From: Polyangiaceae bacterium
GTDB lineage: Bacteria; Myxococcota_A; Polyangia; Polyangiales; Polyangiaceae
Assembly (NCBI GenBank): GCA_050287085.1
Contig: JBNKBE010000001.1
Coordinates: forward strand, 224,001-288,000
DNA length: 64,000 nt
Direction of reading: 5' to 3'
Positions 8,549-18,552 of the stretch are shown here, piece after piece. A program made the translations under genes and the position numbers. Numbering within the stretch: the stretch's first letter is position 1; each line of letters starts with the position of its first letter. The notes under the pieces were generated by a model that worked only from the letters and a program-made list of their open reading frames with translations, was not told the origin of the DNA and did no database searches.

Positions 8549-9865
8549 ATGCTCCAAGTCAGCGTCCTCCGAGCGCAAGATCGTGACTTTCCCCTCCAGG
8601 TAGCCCGGCTCAAAGAGCGTCTCCACTCGGGCGGACTTGTGGCCGGTGGAGGCACCGAATTAGACGTGCCAAACATCGTCCGCGATATCCTGGAACAGGT
8701 CCGGGTCGGGGGGGACGCAGCGGCCGCCGCCCTTTGTTCCCGCTTGGACCGCGCTGACGTCAAGCCCGAAACCCTGCGCGTGTCCGCAGAGCAGCTTCGT
8801 TCTGCCCACACAGCGATGGATCGCAGCTTCTTGGAATTGATGCGTGCAGCCAGCTCGAATATTCGTGAATACCAAGCGCACATCCGGGTTCAGGCCCCAG
8901 CTCCCCTGGTGCGTGGAGGAAGGCGCCTCGGGGTCCGGTACACTCCCATCGACCGCATCGCCGTCTACGTGCCGGGCGGACAAGCCCTGTACCCGTCTAC
9001 GGTGTTAATGACCGTGATCCCGGCTCAGGTCGCCGGCGTGCGCGAGATCGTGATGATTTCCCCCCCCACGGGCGGCGAGATCAACCCGATGGCGCTGGCT
9101 CTGGCTGAAGAACTTGGAATCCGGGAAGTCTATCGCTTAGGCGGGGCCGTCGGCATTGCCGCTGTAGCTCACGGAACGGAAACGATCGCCCCCGTACAGA
9201 TGATCGTCGGTCCCGGAAACGCGTTCGTTGCGGAGGCCAAGCGTCAGCTCTTCGGCAAAGTGGGTATCGATTCAATTGCTGGTCCGAGCGAAGTCTTCAT
9301 CGTCGCCGACGACACGGCCAATGCAGCCTGGACCGCCGCTGATATGTTGGCGCAGGCGGAGCACAATCCCGGCTCCGCCATCCTGGCCACCCCCTCGGCT
9401 GCCCTGGCCGAAGCCGTGCTCGCCGAACTCGAAGCGCAACTCGCCACCTTGGACCGTGCCGAGCTGACGCGCCCGTCGCTGGAGGCCTACAGCGCCATCT
9501 TGGTGACGCGCTCGCTGGACGAAGCCTGCGCTCTGGCCACCGACTTTGCTACCGAACACCTACAGATCATGACTCGAGCGAATGACGAATGCCTGGCGCA
9601 GATCCGCCACGCGGGCGCGGTATTCGTCGGACACAATACGCCCGTTCCGCTCGGTGACTATTTCGCCGGCCCGTCGCACGTGCTTCCCACCGGCGGCACG
9701 GCAAAGTTCTTCGGGCCGCTCAGCGTCAACAGCTTCCTCAAGTCGACATCCGTACTTGAATACGATGCCAAGGCTGTCGCCGAGGACGGCCCTCACGTCG
9801 ACGACTTTGCACGTCGTGAGGGCCTGACCGCACACGCTCGAGCAGCGCGACTGCGAGTTGAGTAG
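8549..9865 (+). CDS. hisD: Histidinol dehydrogenase
   Basis: YVPGG, YPSTVLM, GPGNAFV, IDSIAGPSE, QAEH, EHL, GDYFAGPSHVLPT. Confidence 0.97.
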   Translation: MLQVSVLRAQDRDFPLQVARLKERLHSGGLVAGGGTELDVPNIVRDILEQVRVGGDAAAAALCSRLDRADVKPETLRVSAEQLRSAHTAMDRSFLELMRAASSNIREYQAHIRVQAPAPLVRGGRRLGVRYTPIDRIAVYVPGGQALYPSTVLMTVIPAQVAGVREIVMISPPTGGEINPMALALAEELGIREVYRLGGAVGIAAVAHGTETIAPVQMIVGPGNAFVAEAKRQLFGKVGIDSIAGPSEVFIVADDTANAAWTAADMLAQAEHNPGSAILATPSAALAEAVLAELEAQLATLDRAELTRPSLEAYSAILVTRSLDEACALATDFATEHLQIMTRANDECLAQIRHAGAVFVGHNTPVPLGDYFAGPSHVLPTGGTAKFFGPLSVNSFLKSTSVLEYDAKAVAEDGPHVDDFARREGLTAHARAARLRVE

Positions 9866-9928
9866 TCCCCCCGGAAGCGCCCCGCGGAACGCTTTCCGCA
9901 GGAGACCTTCGGCGCTCCCGCAGGCGTT

Positions 9929-12900
9929 CTAGGACTCCGCCAAGCTCTTGATGTGTGCCAACAGAACCGTCAACAAGGCGAAGCTCGGCGCGGCGGCCGC
10001 CCGCGCTTCGCCCAACATCGCATCGTAGGCGGCCAACGATTCGCCCCGTGTCGCGCACCACAAGGAATATGCGTCCGCGTTCGCTCGACCGCTCGCTACG
10101 TCAATCGCGGCTCGCGCCACTGCCCGATGGACGCGGGCCAGCTCCGCAAGAAGACTCACCACTGCCTGGCGATCCCAGATGCGCTCCGTCGGCAACGCCC
10201 TCGCTGTCGCACGAATCCAACCGACGGCCAGTCGCTCCGCCAGGCTATGGTAGACGAGAGCTGCCGCTTGTGCCTTGACGCCACCACCTTCGGCAAGTTC
10301 GGTCCACTCTCCGGCGCCCGACAGAAGCGGCAGCTGCGCTACCCGCAACGCCGTATCCTCTGGAACGCCCTGCCCCTGCCACGCCTGAGCATGCTCCGCA
10401 ATGGCCTGACACTGCTCGACCGTAACTACCTCCGCCAAATTCCCTTTTAGCTCACGAACGACGCCTTGATAGCGAGCCACGCACTCCGCCATCGAGAGCT
10501 GAGAAACGTTCGCTCCGAGCAGCCAGGTAGTCCAGGCGTACAACGCTCGACCCAGCTCTACGTAGAGCTCCGCTTGCACGGCAGCGCTCACGCTACCATC
10601 CAGGACGTCGACAGCGCGCGTCAACGTATCGATCTCCAGCACATCGCGAGCGACAGCGAATGCCCGAACCACTCGTGCAGGCGATGCCTGCGAAACCTGG
10701 GCGGCTTCGTAGACAAACACCGCACCGCCGAGATTGAGCACGTCGTTGGTCAAACTGGTTGCGATGATCTCTCGGCGCAAACGGTGCTGCTCGATCGCGC
10801 TCTGGAAGCGGCTTCTTAGCGCGCTGGGAAAGTACTCGAAGAGGCGCGTCTGCAGATAGGGCTCGTCGGGCACAGCGGAAGCCAACAGCTCAGCGTAGAG
10901 TTGGTTCTTCGTATGTGACAAGACGACGGAGAGCTCCGGCCGCGTCAATGGGTGACCTCGATGTTTGCGCTCCGACAGGGTGTGGGCGTCGGGTAGGAAC
11001 TCGAGCGTTCGGTCCAGCGCTCCCTGCTTTTCAAGATAGCGCATTAGCGCACCCAAACGCTCGGTGAGGTAATCCCCCAAGTATTGGGTCACACTCAGGC
11101 AGCGGGTCTGAAGGTAGTTGTCTCGAAGCACCAGCGCGGCAACCTCTTCGGTCATCGCGTACAACAAGTCGTCGCGTTGTCTTCGCGTAATCTCCCCTTC
11201 GGCCTCAACGTGCCCGAGCAGGATCTTGATGTTGACTTCATGATCTGAACAGTCGACGCCAGCGGAGTTGTCTATGAAGTCCGTATGGCAGCGCCCGCCG
11301 GCGAGAGCATATTCAACGCGCGCTCGCTGCGTCACTGCAAGATTCGCCCCCTCGCCGATCACCTTCGCTCGCACCTCGCGGCCGTCCACACGCAGGCCGT
11401 CGTTGCTACGGTCACCCACTTCGACGCTCGATTCGCCCGTCGCCTTGACATAGGTGCCAATGCCGCCGAAGAACAGCAATTCAACAGGGGCACGAAGGAT
11501 CGCTCGAATCAGGCTGCTGGGCGCCATCGGCCCCGGCTCGATCGCCAAGCGAGCCGCTACCTCTGCCGAGACCTCTATCGTCTTGGCGGCGCGCTCAAAC
11601 ACTCCCCCACCCTCGGAGATGACCGCCTGATCGTAGTCCGCCCAAGAGCTCTGCGGCAGCTCAAATAGGCGCCGTCGCTCCCGCCAGGAGGGTTCCGGCT
11701 CCGGATTGGGGTCCAGAAAGATGTGCTGGTGGTTGAAAGCTGCGACCAACTGAGTCGCTCGGGAAAGAAGCATTCCGTTGCCGAATACGTCACCGCTCAT
11801 GTCTCCAACGCCGCAAACAGTGAACGATTCGGACTGGATGTCCTTGTTCAGCTCTCGGAAATGACGCTTGACCGACTCCCAGGCGCCGCGCGCCGTGATC
11901 CCCATCTTCTTGTGGTCGTAGCCGGCCGAGCCCCCAGAGGCGAACGCATCGCCCAACCAAAAGCCGTACTCGCTGGAGAGCGCGTTTGCGACGTCCGAAA
12001 ACGTCGCTGTACCCTTATCAGCTGCAACGACAAGATACGGATCCAAGTCGTCATAAACGACCGTACGCGGCGGTGTTTGCACATCGCTCCCAACTCGGTT
12101 GTCCGTCAGGTCCAGCAAGCCACGAATGAAGGTCTTGTACGCCTCAACACCCAATGCCCGCGTCGCGTCGCGCGAGAGCCCCTCGCTGCGGCTCTTGACG
12201 ACAAAGCCGCCCTTGGACCCTACGGGCACGATCACGGCGTTCTTGACCTGCTGAGCCTTCACCAAACCCAAGACTTCTGTGCGAAAGTCCTCGCGGCGAT
12301 CAGACCAACGGAGCCCGCCTCTAGCCACGGGACCAAAGCGCAGGTGCACACCCTCCATTTCGTGCGAGAAGACGAATATCTCTCGATACGGCCTCGGCTC
12401 GGGCAAGCCGTCGATGGCGCGGCTGTCAAACTTCAACGACAGCTGCGGCTTCGGTCGTCCGTCGTGCGTCTGATAGTAATTGGTCCTGAGCGTCGCCCCC
12501 AGCACATTGAGGAACGAGCGCAGTATGCGATCCTCGTCAGAGTTGGCCACGCTGTCCAGGAAGCGCACAGCGGATGCGGAAATCGCGGCCGAACGTTCCG
12601 CACGAGCGGCCATGTCGATGTCCTCGGGCCGAAAACGCGATTGGAAGAGCTCCACCAGCAAGCGAGCAAATGCCGGATAGCGTGCCAACGTTCGCTGCTT
12701 ATACGCCATAGAAAACGGCACGTCCGACTGCTGCAGATACGCCGCATAGGCTCGCAGAAGAAGTATCTCCCTGGCCTTGAGCCCAGCCGCCAGCACCAGC
12801 TTATTGAAGCCGTCATTGGCCATTCGGTTCTGCGACACTGCACGAAAGACGTCCGCGAAGGCGTCGCGAACAGCCGACAGCTCGACCGCTTGCTCGCGCT

Positions 12901-14746
12901 CGACCAGGAGAGTGAAGTCATGGACGAGCATAGGCAGAGTGACGCCCGTTCTTCGGACCTCATACGGCGCCTCTCCCACGACGCGAAGCCCCATGTTCTC
13001 GAGGCGCGGTACTACATCGCTCAACGCGACCGAACCGCTCGTCGCATAGAGTTTCAGCCGCAACTCCGACGGAGCGGCCTCGACGGGACGGAATAGTCGC
13101 AAGGCCATCTCGCCGCCCGAGCGCGCGTCTTCGAATTGGGCGATATCGGCGCAAGCCGCAAGTTCGTCGAAGACCTCCGTGTAGCCAGTCGAAAACGCAC
13201 GACCATATGCCCGAGTCAGCTCGGTACCGCGTAGCTCGCCAAGCTCCTGCAGTAGTGCCGCTTCCAATCGGTCCTCCCAGGAGCGTGCTGCATCCTGGAG
13301 CCGACGCTCGATGGTCCGATGATCGACCACCTCCGCGGGCGCAGCCGTTGTCTTGATGATCAGGTGCAGGCGCGCCAGAGGTTCATCGGTCACCCGCGTG
13401 TAGTACGCCGAAAGGGTCCCACCATAAGAATCACAAAGAATCCGCTGAAAGCGATTGCGAAGTCGCGTATCCAGTCGGTCTCGGGGCACATAGACCAAAC
13501 AGGAGACAAAGCGCTTGAAGGGGTCACGACGAGCGAAGAGAGCCACGCGACGCCGCGTTTGGAGCTCCAATATCCCCTGGCTGATGCGCCACAATTCCTG
13601 GTCGGATACCTGAAAGAGCTCGTCTCGAGGGTAGGTCTCGTAGATTGAAGACAGCGCCTTGTAGCTGAAGCTGCCCGGGAGGTAGCCGGAAGCCGCCAGC
13701 GCGCGCCGAACTTTCGTGCGAAGCAACGGAATATTGGCTGTGCTGCGAGCATATGCCGCCAACGTAAACAAGCCCACTAGGAGGTGGGCTCCTCGCGGGC
13801 TGGCTCCGGGCTCGCAACCCGTAAAGTCGGCGAGCACAACCGCGTCCATATGAACGGAGCGGTGCACTCGCGATCTGGAGTTGGTCTTCAATATCCGAAG
13901 GTACTCGCTGGCGGTCGTACTGCGCAGATCTTCGAGCACCCGTCGATCCGGCTCCCGCAAGACGCCAAGCCCCAGACCCCTGGGGCGCACGCTCATATGT
14001 GACTGACGAGGAAGCAGCTCCACATAGCGGTATCCCAGGTAAACAAAGTGCTTAGCGTGGAGCCAAGCCAAGAACGCCGCGATCTCCTCTCGCTCTTCGT
14101 GTGTGACGAATTCAGGAGCATGAGCCACCTCCTGAGCCATCTCGTGGCACTTCCCCTGCATCTCAGCGAAGTCTTCGATTGAACTCCATACGTCAGAGAC
14201 CACGGCCCGCAGACTCTTTTCGATCTCATCGTGCGCGTCCTGCGCGAGTCCTCGAACCCGTAGATGGATGAAAGAGGTCAGTCCTTCGCGCGTGCCATTC
14301 TCCGGCTTCTTTACCGATAGCCCCCCCTCCGGGCCTTGGACCTCTTCCAATATCGGGTGAGCCAGAAACAAGATGTCCGCCCCTACTCGCATCAAGTCAG
14401 CGATGATGGAGTCGAGCAGAAAGGGCATGTCCTGCTGAACAAGCTCAACAACCGTGAGCGGGGTGTGCCAGCCATGCTCCTCTTGATTGGGCGTGAATAC
14501 TCGAAGCGCCGGCGACGTCTCGGAACGCCCTTCGGCAAAGCGAAGCAGCGACACTGCGGCGGCGTAGAGATGATCGGGCCTTTGACCTCCAAGTTCGTGC
14601 GGCGATACATCCGCGTAGAGCGAGAGCGCGAAACCAGCGATGCGCTCAGCGTCCTCCGCCGGAAAGCGCGCCCGAACGAGCGCCCCGAGTTGCTCCAACA
14701 TGTCCCGCTTGCTCAGTTCGAGTTCTACTTGGTCGGACTCCGTCAC
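9929..14746 (-). CDS. gdhB: Large NAD-specific glutamate dehydrogenase
   Basis: 1605 aa; GVHLRFGPVARGGLRWSDR, KNAVIVPVGSKGGF, YLVVAADKGTATFSD, GVGDMSGDVFGNG, DNSAGVDCSDHEVNIK. Confidence 0.96.
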   Translation of the reverse strand: MTESDQVELELSKRDMLEQLGALVRARFPAEDAERIAGFALSLYADVSPHELGGQRPDHLYAAAVSLLRFAEGRSETSPALRVFTPNQEEHGWHTPLTVVELVQQDMPFLLDSIIADLMRVGADILFLAHPILEEVQGPEGGLSVKKPENGTREGLTSFIHLRVRGLAQDAHDEIEKSLRAVVSDVWSSIEDFAEMQGKCHEMAQEVAHAPEFVTHEEREEIAAFLAWLHAKHFVYLGYRYVELLPRQSHMSVRPRGLGLGVLREPDRRVLEDLRSTTASEYLRILKTNSRSRVHRSVHMDAVVLADFTGCEPGASPRGAHLLVGLFTLAAYARSTANIPLLRTKVRRALAASGYLPGSFSYKALSSIYETYPRDELFQVSDQELWRISQGILELQTRRRVALFARRDPFKRFVSCLVYVPRDRLDTRLRNRFQRILCDSYGGTLSAYYTRVTDEPLARLHLIIKTTAAPAEVVDHRTIERRLQDAARSWEDRLEAALLQELGELRGTELTRAYGRAFSTGYTEVFDELAACADIAQFEDARSGGEMALRLFRPVEAAPSELRLKLYATSGSVALSDVVPRLENMGLRVVGEAPYEVRRTGVTLPMLVHDFTLLVEREQAVELSAVRDAFADVFRAVSQNRMANDGFNKLVLAAGLKAREILLLRAYAAYLQQSDVPFSMAYKQRTLARYPAFARLLVELFQSRFRPEDIDMAARAERSAAISASAVRFLDSVANSDEDRILRSFLNVLGATLRTNYYQTHDGRPKPQLSLKFDSRAIDGLPEPRPYREIFVFSHEMEGVHLRFGPVARGGLRWSDRREDFRTEVLGLVKAQQVKNAVIVPVGSKGGFVVKSRSEGLSRDATRALGVEAYKTFIRGLLDLTDNRVGSDVQTPPRTVVYDDLDPYLVVAADKGTATFSDVANALSSEYGFWLGDAFASGGSAGYDHKKMGITARGAWESVKRHFRELNKDIQSESFTVCGVGDMSGDVFGNGMLLSRATQLVAAFNHQHIFLDPNPEPEPSWRERRRLFELPQSSWADYDQAVISEGGGVFERAAKTIEVSAEVAARLAIEPGPMAPSSLIRAILRAPVELLFFGGIGTYVKATGESSVEVGDRSNDGLRVDGREVRAKVIGEGANLAVTQRARVEYALAGGRCHTDFIDNSAGVDCSDHEVNIKILLGHVEAEGEITRRQRDDLLYAMTEEVAALVLRDNYLQTRCLSVTQYLGDYLTERLGALMRYLEKQGALDRTLEFLPDAHTLSERKHRGHPLTRPELSVVLSHTKNQLYAELLASAVPDEPYLQTRLFEYFPSALRSRFQSAIEQHRLRREIIATSLTNDVLNLGGAVFVYEAAQVSQASPARVVRAFAVARDVLEIDTLTRAVDVLDGSVSAAVQAELYVELGRALYAWTTWLLGANVSQLSMAECVARYQGVVRELKGNLAEVVTVEQCQAIAEHAQAWQGQGVPEDTALRVAQLPLLSGAGEWTELAEGGGVKAQAAALVYHSLAERLAVGWIRATARALPTERIWDRQAVVSLLAELARVHRAVARAAIDVASGRANADAYSLWCATRGESLAAYDAMLGEARAAAAPSFALLTVLLAHIKSLAES

Positions 14747-14806
14747 AGCATTCTCCCGGGCAATAGTCTGTACTGCCCCACATGTACGACCGTTCCCAGT
14801 CCGGCG

Positions 14807-15796
14807 CTAGTCTTCAACGGCGCGCTCGGCCCTCAGCGGCGTTCCACGCATGGCCCTGACGCCGCCGAAACGAAGCCAACGGGGAGCGTGCCTACGCCGC
14901 GGAGCAAACGAGCGTCCGGCCCGGTCGTCGGCAAACGGGCTGGCGACCAGGAGCGCTCCGCTCAAGAAGATGGAGGGGCTGAAGTCGATGGTCAGAACGA
15001 GCGCCGTCCCAGCGTGGAAAGCGATCAGCATCAGCCCAAATCCGCGCTGAAAGCGAGGGTTCGTGGCCAGCCAGACGCCGGCCACCTGAAGAAGAACAAG
15101 ACCCCACAGCATGGCCCAGCCAGTGAGCGGGTGCTGAAACAGCCACTCGCTGAACACGCTCGCATCGGTGGTCTGCGAGAGCCGTGCCGCCACGTGACGC
15201 GACATTGCGTCGGGAGAGAACAAGCTCGGTTGTCCAACGGCGAGCTGATAGCCGGCGCCCAGAATCTTTCCCACCCCAGCCAGGGTGTACGACGCTCCAA
15301 AGACCCACTGGAAGGCGGCAAATAGAATCAGAATGCGCTGACGTTGGAGTCGCGATATCCGAGTTGGTTCCGTCCACCCATGAGGCGCCCAGAGCCAGAG
15401 CGCCAGAAGCAGAACCCAAAGATGCATCAGGTGGTGTATCTTTCCGAACGAGAACTCGATGGCGAGCGCTTCAAGCAGTCCGAGTAGAAGCAACCACCGC
15501 GCCCAATACTCCCTCGCGAAGGCGGCCCCCACCGCCAGCATGGCAAGAAGTGCCGTGATGACGAGCCCCGTGGAGAAGGGGGCAAGACCCTTGGGAAACC
15601 AATACGCGGGCCACAAGCGCTCCGCGTGTTCAGCGCCAAGGGCTCGGCTTAACTCGGGCACGCGCGTGGAAACCCAGTATACAGGGAAGAACAATACGCC
15701 ACGTATGAGTGCGACGACGCGTTCGGTACGGAGCCGCTGAATGAGACACGCGTCCTGGAGCGACGGCGCCGCAGGCGGAGAATTCAAGACCGTCAT
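14807..15796 (-). CDS. HTTM/SdpB-like polytopic membrane protein
   Basis: Multiple TM helices; FSFGKIHH, SYTLAGVGK, LIAFHAG motifs resemble HTTM proteins; ATG at 15796 overlaps the upstream TGA. Confidence 0.6.
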   Translation of the reverse strand: MTVLNSPPAAPSLQDACLIQRLRTERVVALIRGVLFFPVYWVSTRVPELSRALGAEHAERLWPAYWFPKGLAPFSTGLVITALLAMLAVGAAFAREYWARWLLLLGLLEALAIEFSFGKIHHLMHLWVLLLALWLWAPHGWTEPTRISRLQRQRILILFAAFQWVFGASYTLAGVGKILGAGYQLAVGQPSLFSPDAMSRHVAARLSQTTDASVFSEWLFQHPLTGWAMLWGLVLLQVAGVWLATNPRFQRGFGLMLIAFHAGTALVLTIDFSPSIFLSGALLVASPFADDRAGRSFAPRRRHAPRWLRFGGVRAMRGTPLRAERAVED

Positions 15797-16341
15797 CGTT
15801 TCGTCCCCGGCGCCGAGCTGCCGCTCCCCTCCCCGAAGCTGGCGCAGGCGAACTCGCCAAGTGGGCGAGAATGGTGCCACCTCTCTCTCAGCAGGTCCAT
15901 GGGTTGTCCACTTACCCGCAGAATACGGTAGCGACACGAACTCGGAAGAAATGGTCCGTCCAGCAATCGCCGCACGTGGCTCACCTCGCTTGGGTCCTTT
16001 CGCCAAAGAGCCTCTCCCAATGACTGCACCAGGTAGTACGCTTCGACCGGCAAGGGTTCCGCCCGCGGAGGGAAGTGTCGCAGCGTGAGCGGCTCGGGAA
16101 GACGACGCCCTCCCTGCTCCGTCACTACGAGTTCATACCGTACTTCCGTGGTGGGTGTCAGCGGGAACAAGAACCAAGAGAAGAACGGAAACACCTCATA
16201 GCCCGGAACGAGCAGACCTCCCCACAACGCCGCGACGGCGTAGCCCAGCGCAGCCCAGCGCAGGCCCCGACGCAGCCCGCGCAAGGAACGGAGCGCAGCT
16301 CCCCGGCACTCGCCGCCGTCTCGTCGTCCTTCAGGTTTCAC
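15793..16341 (-). CDS. Single-TM hypothetical protein (SdpA/DUF5819-like partner of the HTTM protein)
   Basis: TM helix followed by EVFPFFSWFLFP; ATGA coupling to the downstream gene. Confidence 0.5.
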   Translation of the reverse strand: MKPEGRRDGGECRGAALRSLRGLRRGLRWAALGYAVAALWGGLLVPGYEVFPFFSWFLFPLTPTTEVRYELVVTEQGGRRLPEPLTLRHFPPRAEPLPVEAYYLVQSLGEALWRKDPSEVSHVRRLLDGPFLPSSCRYRILRVSGQPMDLLRERWHHSRPLGEFACASFGEGSGSSAPGTKR

Positions 16342-16454
16342 TCAGAAGATGGCTTTGCTGCTTTGGTTGACATTTCTGTGTCTCAGAGGAGACAAGTCCG
16401 TACACTCGGCGAGAATGCTCCGTAGTTTGAGCCGTGAGATGCGATATAGCGGGC

Positions 16455-17489
16455 ATGGCTAGAGCACGTAGATTCCTAGTTACCGGAGGCGCGGGTTTCA
16501 TCGGCAGTCATCTCACGGAGATGCTGCTTGAGCGTGGTGACGCCGTCCTAAGCTTTGACTCCATGGACGCCTACTACGACGTCTCGCTCAAACAGGCAAA
16601 CTGCGCCCGCGCGGCGGCTCTCGGCGACTTTGAACTGGTTAGAGGCGATATTCGCGATCACGCACTTCTGACGCGCACGCTGCATGGCTTCCGCCCCGAT
16701 GTGGTTGTCCACCTGGCGGCCCTCGCTGGCGTCCGCCCATCGCTACGTGAACCCGAGCGCTATCACCAGGTGAATGTTCAGGGCACGCTCAGTGTCCTCG
16801 AGGCCTGCCGAGAGCACGGAGTACCCCTTGTCAACGCATCCTCGAGCTCGGTCTACGGTCGCCAAGGAGACGCCCCCACCCCCGAAACGCACCCCACACG
16901 CCCCATCTCGCCCTACGGGCTGACCAAACTGCAGGCAGAAGAGCATTGCGCCAACTATGCGCAGCGTTACGGCATGGCCGTCTACAGCCTACGCTTCTTC
17001 ACGGTCTTTGGCCCTCGACAACGACCCGACATGGCGATCAGCAAGTTCGCCCGGGCCATCGCTAGCGGCGAGACAGTGCAGCTCTATGGCGACGGCTCGA
17101 GCCGTCGCGATTACACCTACGTGCAGGATGTGGTACGGGCTATTGCCGCTGCGGCAAATCGCACCGAACCAGGGCATACGAGTCTGAACATCGGCACGGG
17201 ACGTGACGTCGCGCTGCGCGATCTGGTCGAGCAAATCGCGGGCCTATACCAAACTCGCGCACGCCTCGCCTTCTTACCCGCGCACCCCAGCGATCCACCA
17301 CGAACCCTAGCCGATATCCAACGCGCAACCCGTCTGCTGGGCTATCGACCGGAAACGAGTTTGAGCAAGGGTCTTGCCGCCGTTGTCCGAGCCCCGCAAG
17401 CACCAGAACCTGCGCATCGCTCCCGTCCAAACGTCGCGAGCGGCCTCCACCTCCATCCAGATCCATGGCTACGATCCACTACGGCTTAG
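16455..17489 (+). CDS. NAD-dependent nucleotide-sugar epimerase (UDP-glucuronate 4-epimerase-like)
   Basis: TGGAGFIG, HLAALAGVRPS, ASSSSVYG, YGLTK, RFFTVFGP.QRPDMA, RDYTYV. Confidence 0.9.
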   Translation: MARARRFLVTGGAGFIGSHLTEMLLERGDAVLSFDSMDAYYDVSLKQANCARAAALGDFELVRGDIRDHALLTRTLHGFRPDVVVHLAALAGVRPSLREPERYHQVNVQGTLSVLEACREHGVPLVNASSSSVYGRQGDAPTPETHPTRPISPYGLTKLQAEEHCANYAQRYGMAVYSLRFFTVFGPRQRPDMAISKFARAIASGETVQLYGDGSSRRDYTYVQDVVRAIAAAANRTEPGHTSLNIGTGRDVALRDLVEQIAGLYQTRARLAFLPAHPSDPPRTLADIQRATRLLGYRPETSLSKGLAAVVRAPQAPEPAHRSRPNVASGLHLHPDPWLRSTTA

Positions 17490-18529
17490 CGGGCGAGGGA
17501 CGCGGCCATGCCGCACGCGCCTCGGCCATCATCGACCACCTCGCGCCGCAGCACCGGGTTGTAGTTCATAGCTTTGGGCAGGCGCTTGAACTGCTAGCGC
17601 CTCGCTATCGGGGTACGACGGTTCAGCTCAGAGAAATACCAGGTCTGTTCTTGGGCTACCGAGACGGTCGGGTAAGCCGTCGACAGACGCTGTACAACAG
17701 TATCCCCTTCGTCACGCGCCTGCGGCAGGCCTCAGCAACCCTGGCCCAAGAGCTGCGGCACGACGACGCGCGTCTGGTGGTCAGCGACTTTGAGCCTGTG
17801 ACGGCGCGCGCGGCGGAGTCTATCGGCATCCCCTGGGTCAGCATCGACCACCAGCGCCTGTTATGGGTCTGCCGACTTGAAGAGCTGAGCCTGCGACTGC
17901 GCCTGCAAGCCCGACTTTTTGGCCTGGCCTCTCGTCTGCTCTACCGTTCACCGCCGCATCAAGCCGTGTCGGGCTTCTTCTTGCCGGAGCTTCGCCGCGG
18001 CCACGACGCGCTGCGGGTCGGAGTTCTACTGCGCGAGGAGCTCTTGAACGCGATCCCCTCAGACGGGGAGCATCTCGTCGCCTATCTCAGACGAGGCACC
18101 CCAGCCAACGTGCTGGACGCGCTGGCCACTCAGGAGCGTTCCGTGCGGGTATACGGACTGGGGTGCGCGCCCCCGCGAGGCTCGCTCCACTTCTACGCGA
18201 CCGATACCCACGGCTTCGTTCTCGATCTGGCAAGCGCTCGGGGTCTGGTCACCACTGCGGGCAATCAGCTGGTGGGCGAAGCACACTATTTGGGCAAGCC
18301 GGTGCTCGCCTTCCCGGAGCCCGGTAACTTCGAGCAGCAGATCAATGCTGAGCTCTTGAATCAATCCGGCGGTGGCCTCGGCCTCGCGGCAAGCGCCATA
18401 TCCGTGGAAGTGCTTGCCCGTTTTGAGCGCCACCGCGAGCGCTACTGCCGCCACATCGATCGCGCGCGGGTGCGCGGCAACGAGGCCGTCTTCAGTTGGC
18501 TCGATTCGCTGCTCGCTGTCTCAGCTTGA
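17465..18529 (+). CDS. GT-B glycosyltransferase (MJ1255/VC2487-like)
   Basis: YGLAGEGRGHAAR, VVSDFEP, SIDHQ, TTAGNQLVGEA, GNFEQQINA. Confidence 0.85.
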   Translation: MATIHYGLAGEGRGHAARASAIIDHLAPQHRVVVHSFGQALELLAPRYRGTTVQLREIPGLFLGYRDGRVSRRQTLYNSIPFVTRLRQASATLAQELRHDDARLVVSDFEPVTARAAESIGIPWVSIDHQRLLWVCRLEELSLRLRLQARLFGLASRLLYRSPPHQAVSGFFLPELRRGHDALRVGVLLREELLNAIPSDGEHLVAYLRRGTPANVLDALATQERSVRVYGLGCAPPRGSLHFYATDTHGFVLDLASARGLVTTAGNQLVGEAHYLGKPVLAFPEPGNFEQQINAELLNQSGGGLGLAASAISVEVLARFERHRERYCRHIDRARVRGNEAVFSWLDSLLAVSA

Positions 18530-18552
18530 CGTCAGGTTCTATCCCAGGGAGC

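Noticed and set aside
11723..13096. 457-aa ORF antisense to gdhB, and similar long shadow ORFs elsewhere
   Set aside because: Expected antisense shadow of a GC-rich gene; no recognisable motifs.
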